A stretch of DNA of 54,524 bases from a virus (lineage: Duplodnaviria; Caudoviricetes): IMG/VR virus record IMGVR_UViG_3300031951_000211, positions 1 to 54,524 of that record. One strand, 5' to 3'. The position numbers were made by a program, and so were the translations under genes. Under the pieces are notes generated by a model, which saw only the letters and a list, made by a program, of their open reading frames with translations, was not told the DNA's origin and searched no databases. This document shows, in pieces, positions 53,447-54,524 of this stretch (position 1 is the first letter of the stretch; each line of letters begins with the position of its first letter).

Positions 53447-53462
53447 GTAATTTGTGGGCAAA

Positions 53463-53492
53463 ATAAAACCCGCATTATAGCGGGTTTATTTT
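53463..53492. terminator. Bidirectional terminator
   Basis: AAACCCGC-ATTATA-GCGGGTTT. Confidence 0.75.
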
Positions 53493-53739
53493 ATTCAACT
53501 AATGCTGATCTGGGGATTTTAATTAATCCTGCGAGATAATCAATTTCCCATTCATAATGCGCGAATGTCTCATAATCACGATCGCCCGTTATTTCCAAGA
53601 AATAATCAGCGGCAATATTAATATATTCCGGCCTGATTTTTGAAAATGGCAAACCATTATAATCGCTGGGATTAATTCCCAGTTGCTGAAATGTGAGAAT
53701 TAGGGGTTTATCTGCAAATGAGGGAAAGTTAATCATCAT
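53491..53739 (-). CDS. Hypothetical protein
   Basis: AAGGA RBS. Confidence 0.6.
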   Translation of the reverse strand: MMINFPSFADKPLILTFQQLGINPSDYNGLPFSKIRPEYINIAADYFLEITGDRDYETFAHYEWEIDYLAGLIKIPRSALVE

Positions 53740-53787
53740 TTTGGTTTCCTTTTAAAATTAAAATAATGGGGCATAATGCCCCATTAA

Positions 53788-54120
53788 TCAAATTGGCTTT
53801 GAATTTGCCAATGCAGAGAAAATCTTTTCCAATGCTGTTTTATTAGCTTTTGTAAGACTTTCGATTTCAGCTTCAGTCATTTTGAGAATCGCACCGATTG
53901 CATCGGCATGGGCATCCTTTTTAACTACTGGAGCGCCAGTTTTTGAAACGTAAGTTTTAGCCACATACACTTTTTCACGGCTAAGTTTTGCAACAACCGA
54001 ACGAACAGTTTTGCCCAAATTTTGGGCAATGGTTTCAACTGCAACACCAGCCTGATAATCGGCCACCATTTTGGTGGTTTGCTCTGCGGTATAATTTACC
54101 GCTTTAGTAGTCTTTTCCAT
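53788..54120 (-). CDS. T5 A2-like DNA-binding protein (paralog 3)
   Basis: NYTAEQT...LGKTVRSVVAKLSREKVYVAK...ESLTKANK. Confidence 0.8.
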   Translation of the reverse strand: MEKTTKAVNYTAEQTTKMVADYQAGVAVETIAQNLGKTVRSVVAKLSREKVYVAKTYVSKTGAPVVKKDAHADAIGAILKMTEAEIESLTKANKTALEKIFSALANSKPI

Positions 54121-54152
54121 TTTGATTTCCTTCACGTTAAAAAACAATTATA

Positions 54153-54335
54153 TCACACAATTTCAACATTTGCAACCCTGCCAAGCCCCAAATAGTCAAA
54201 TTTTACCTTGACTACTTTGGTATTAAAAAACTTCATAGTCATTTCACGCTGAGTTGCACCAACGTAAACAGTAAGTTTACCATTTACAATGGTGGCAAAG
54301 CCACGGCTTTTTGGAAGGGTTTTTGTTTTCATCAT
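54153..54335 (-). CDS. Hypothetical protein
   Basis: ORF after promoter at about 54343-54371. Confidence 0.55.
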   Translation of the reverse strand: MMKTKTLPKSRGFATIVNGKLTVYVGATQREMTMKFFNTKVVKVKFDYLGLGRVANVEIV

Positions 54336-54524
54336 GTGTTCTATTATACAGACAAAACAGCCAAAAAACAAGTGTTTTTTAAAATTTGCGAAAATACAAC
54401 ATAGGTGAAAACCCCTATTGACAGCTTTTCAGCCGTATGGTATAATTTTGGCGCCAGGCCTGTAATGCTTTGGTTCACAGAAATCGTCGCAAACAAAAGT
54501 ATTCATAAAATTTTTGGCGCGCCG

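Noticed and set aside
1-54524. CRISPR or TIGR-like repeat-spacer array
   Set aside because: I saw no regularly spaced direct repeats of about 20 nt or more; the 13-mer is dispersed, not arrayed.
1-54524. Stop-codon recoding
   Set aside because: Core genes are intact in the standard code and no suppressor anticodon was found.

Overview
A 54.5 kb segment of a lytic T5-like (Demerecviridae-like) phage genome. The host is probably a proteobacterium; Betaproteobacteria is an inference only. Layout: (1) 0.6-2.6 kb, Dps, a collagen-like protein and a Gln/Ala-rich protein. (2) 3-25.7 kb, minus strand, T5-syntenic replication block: class II RNR, dUTPase, D15, GIY-YIG, D14, D13/D12, D11, D10, family A polymerase, primase, helicase, D5, split NAD ligase, D2, D3. 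(3) 25.8-39.4 kb, an RNA-dense region with 26 tRNAs, a circularly permuted two-piece tmRNA next to a ClpP-like gene, tRNA-like RNAs, many structured spacer RNAs, rubrerythrin/rubredoxin and two AT-rich gene cassettes. A 27th tRNA (Glu, 52.0 kb) completes all 20 amino acids. (4) 39.4-51.2 kb, early metabolic and small genes. (5) 51.2-54.5 kb, a mostly non-coding, pre-early-like region with A2 paralogs. Strongest candidates for undescribed biology: (a) a hammerhead ribozyme directly 3' of tRNA-Glu whose 12-nt cleavage site recurs 470 nt downstream; (b) a 13-mer, GACCCTAAACTGC, dispersed along the window, complementary to the hammerhead substrate strand and mostly oriented with transcription; (c) a family of tRNA 3' trailers whose long closing stems pair back over the encoded CCA and frame variable RNA cargo; (d) a compact cluster of host-regulator-like sites (Fur, sigma54, OmpR-type, ORF-less sigma70 promoters). 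All calls were made by eye; no searches or folding were run.
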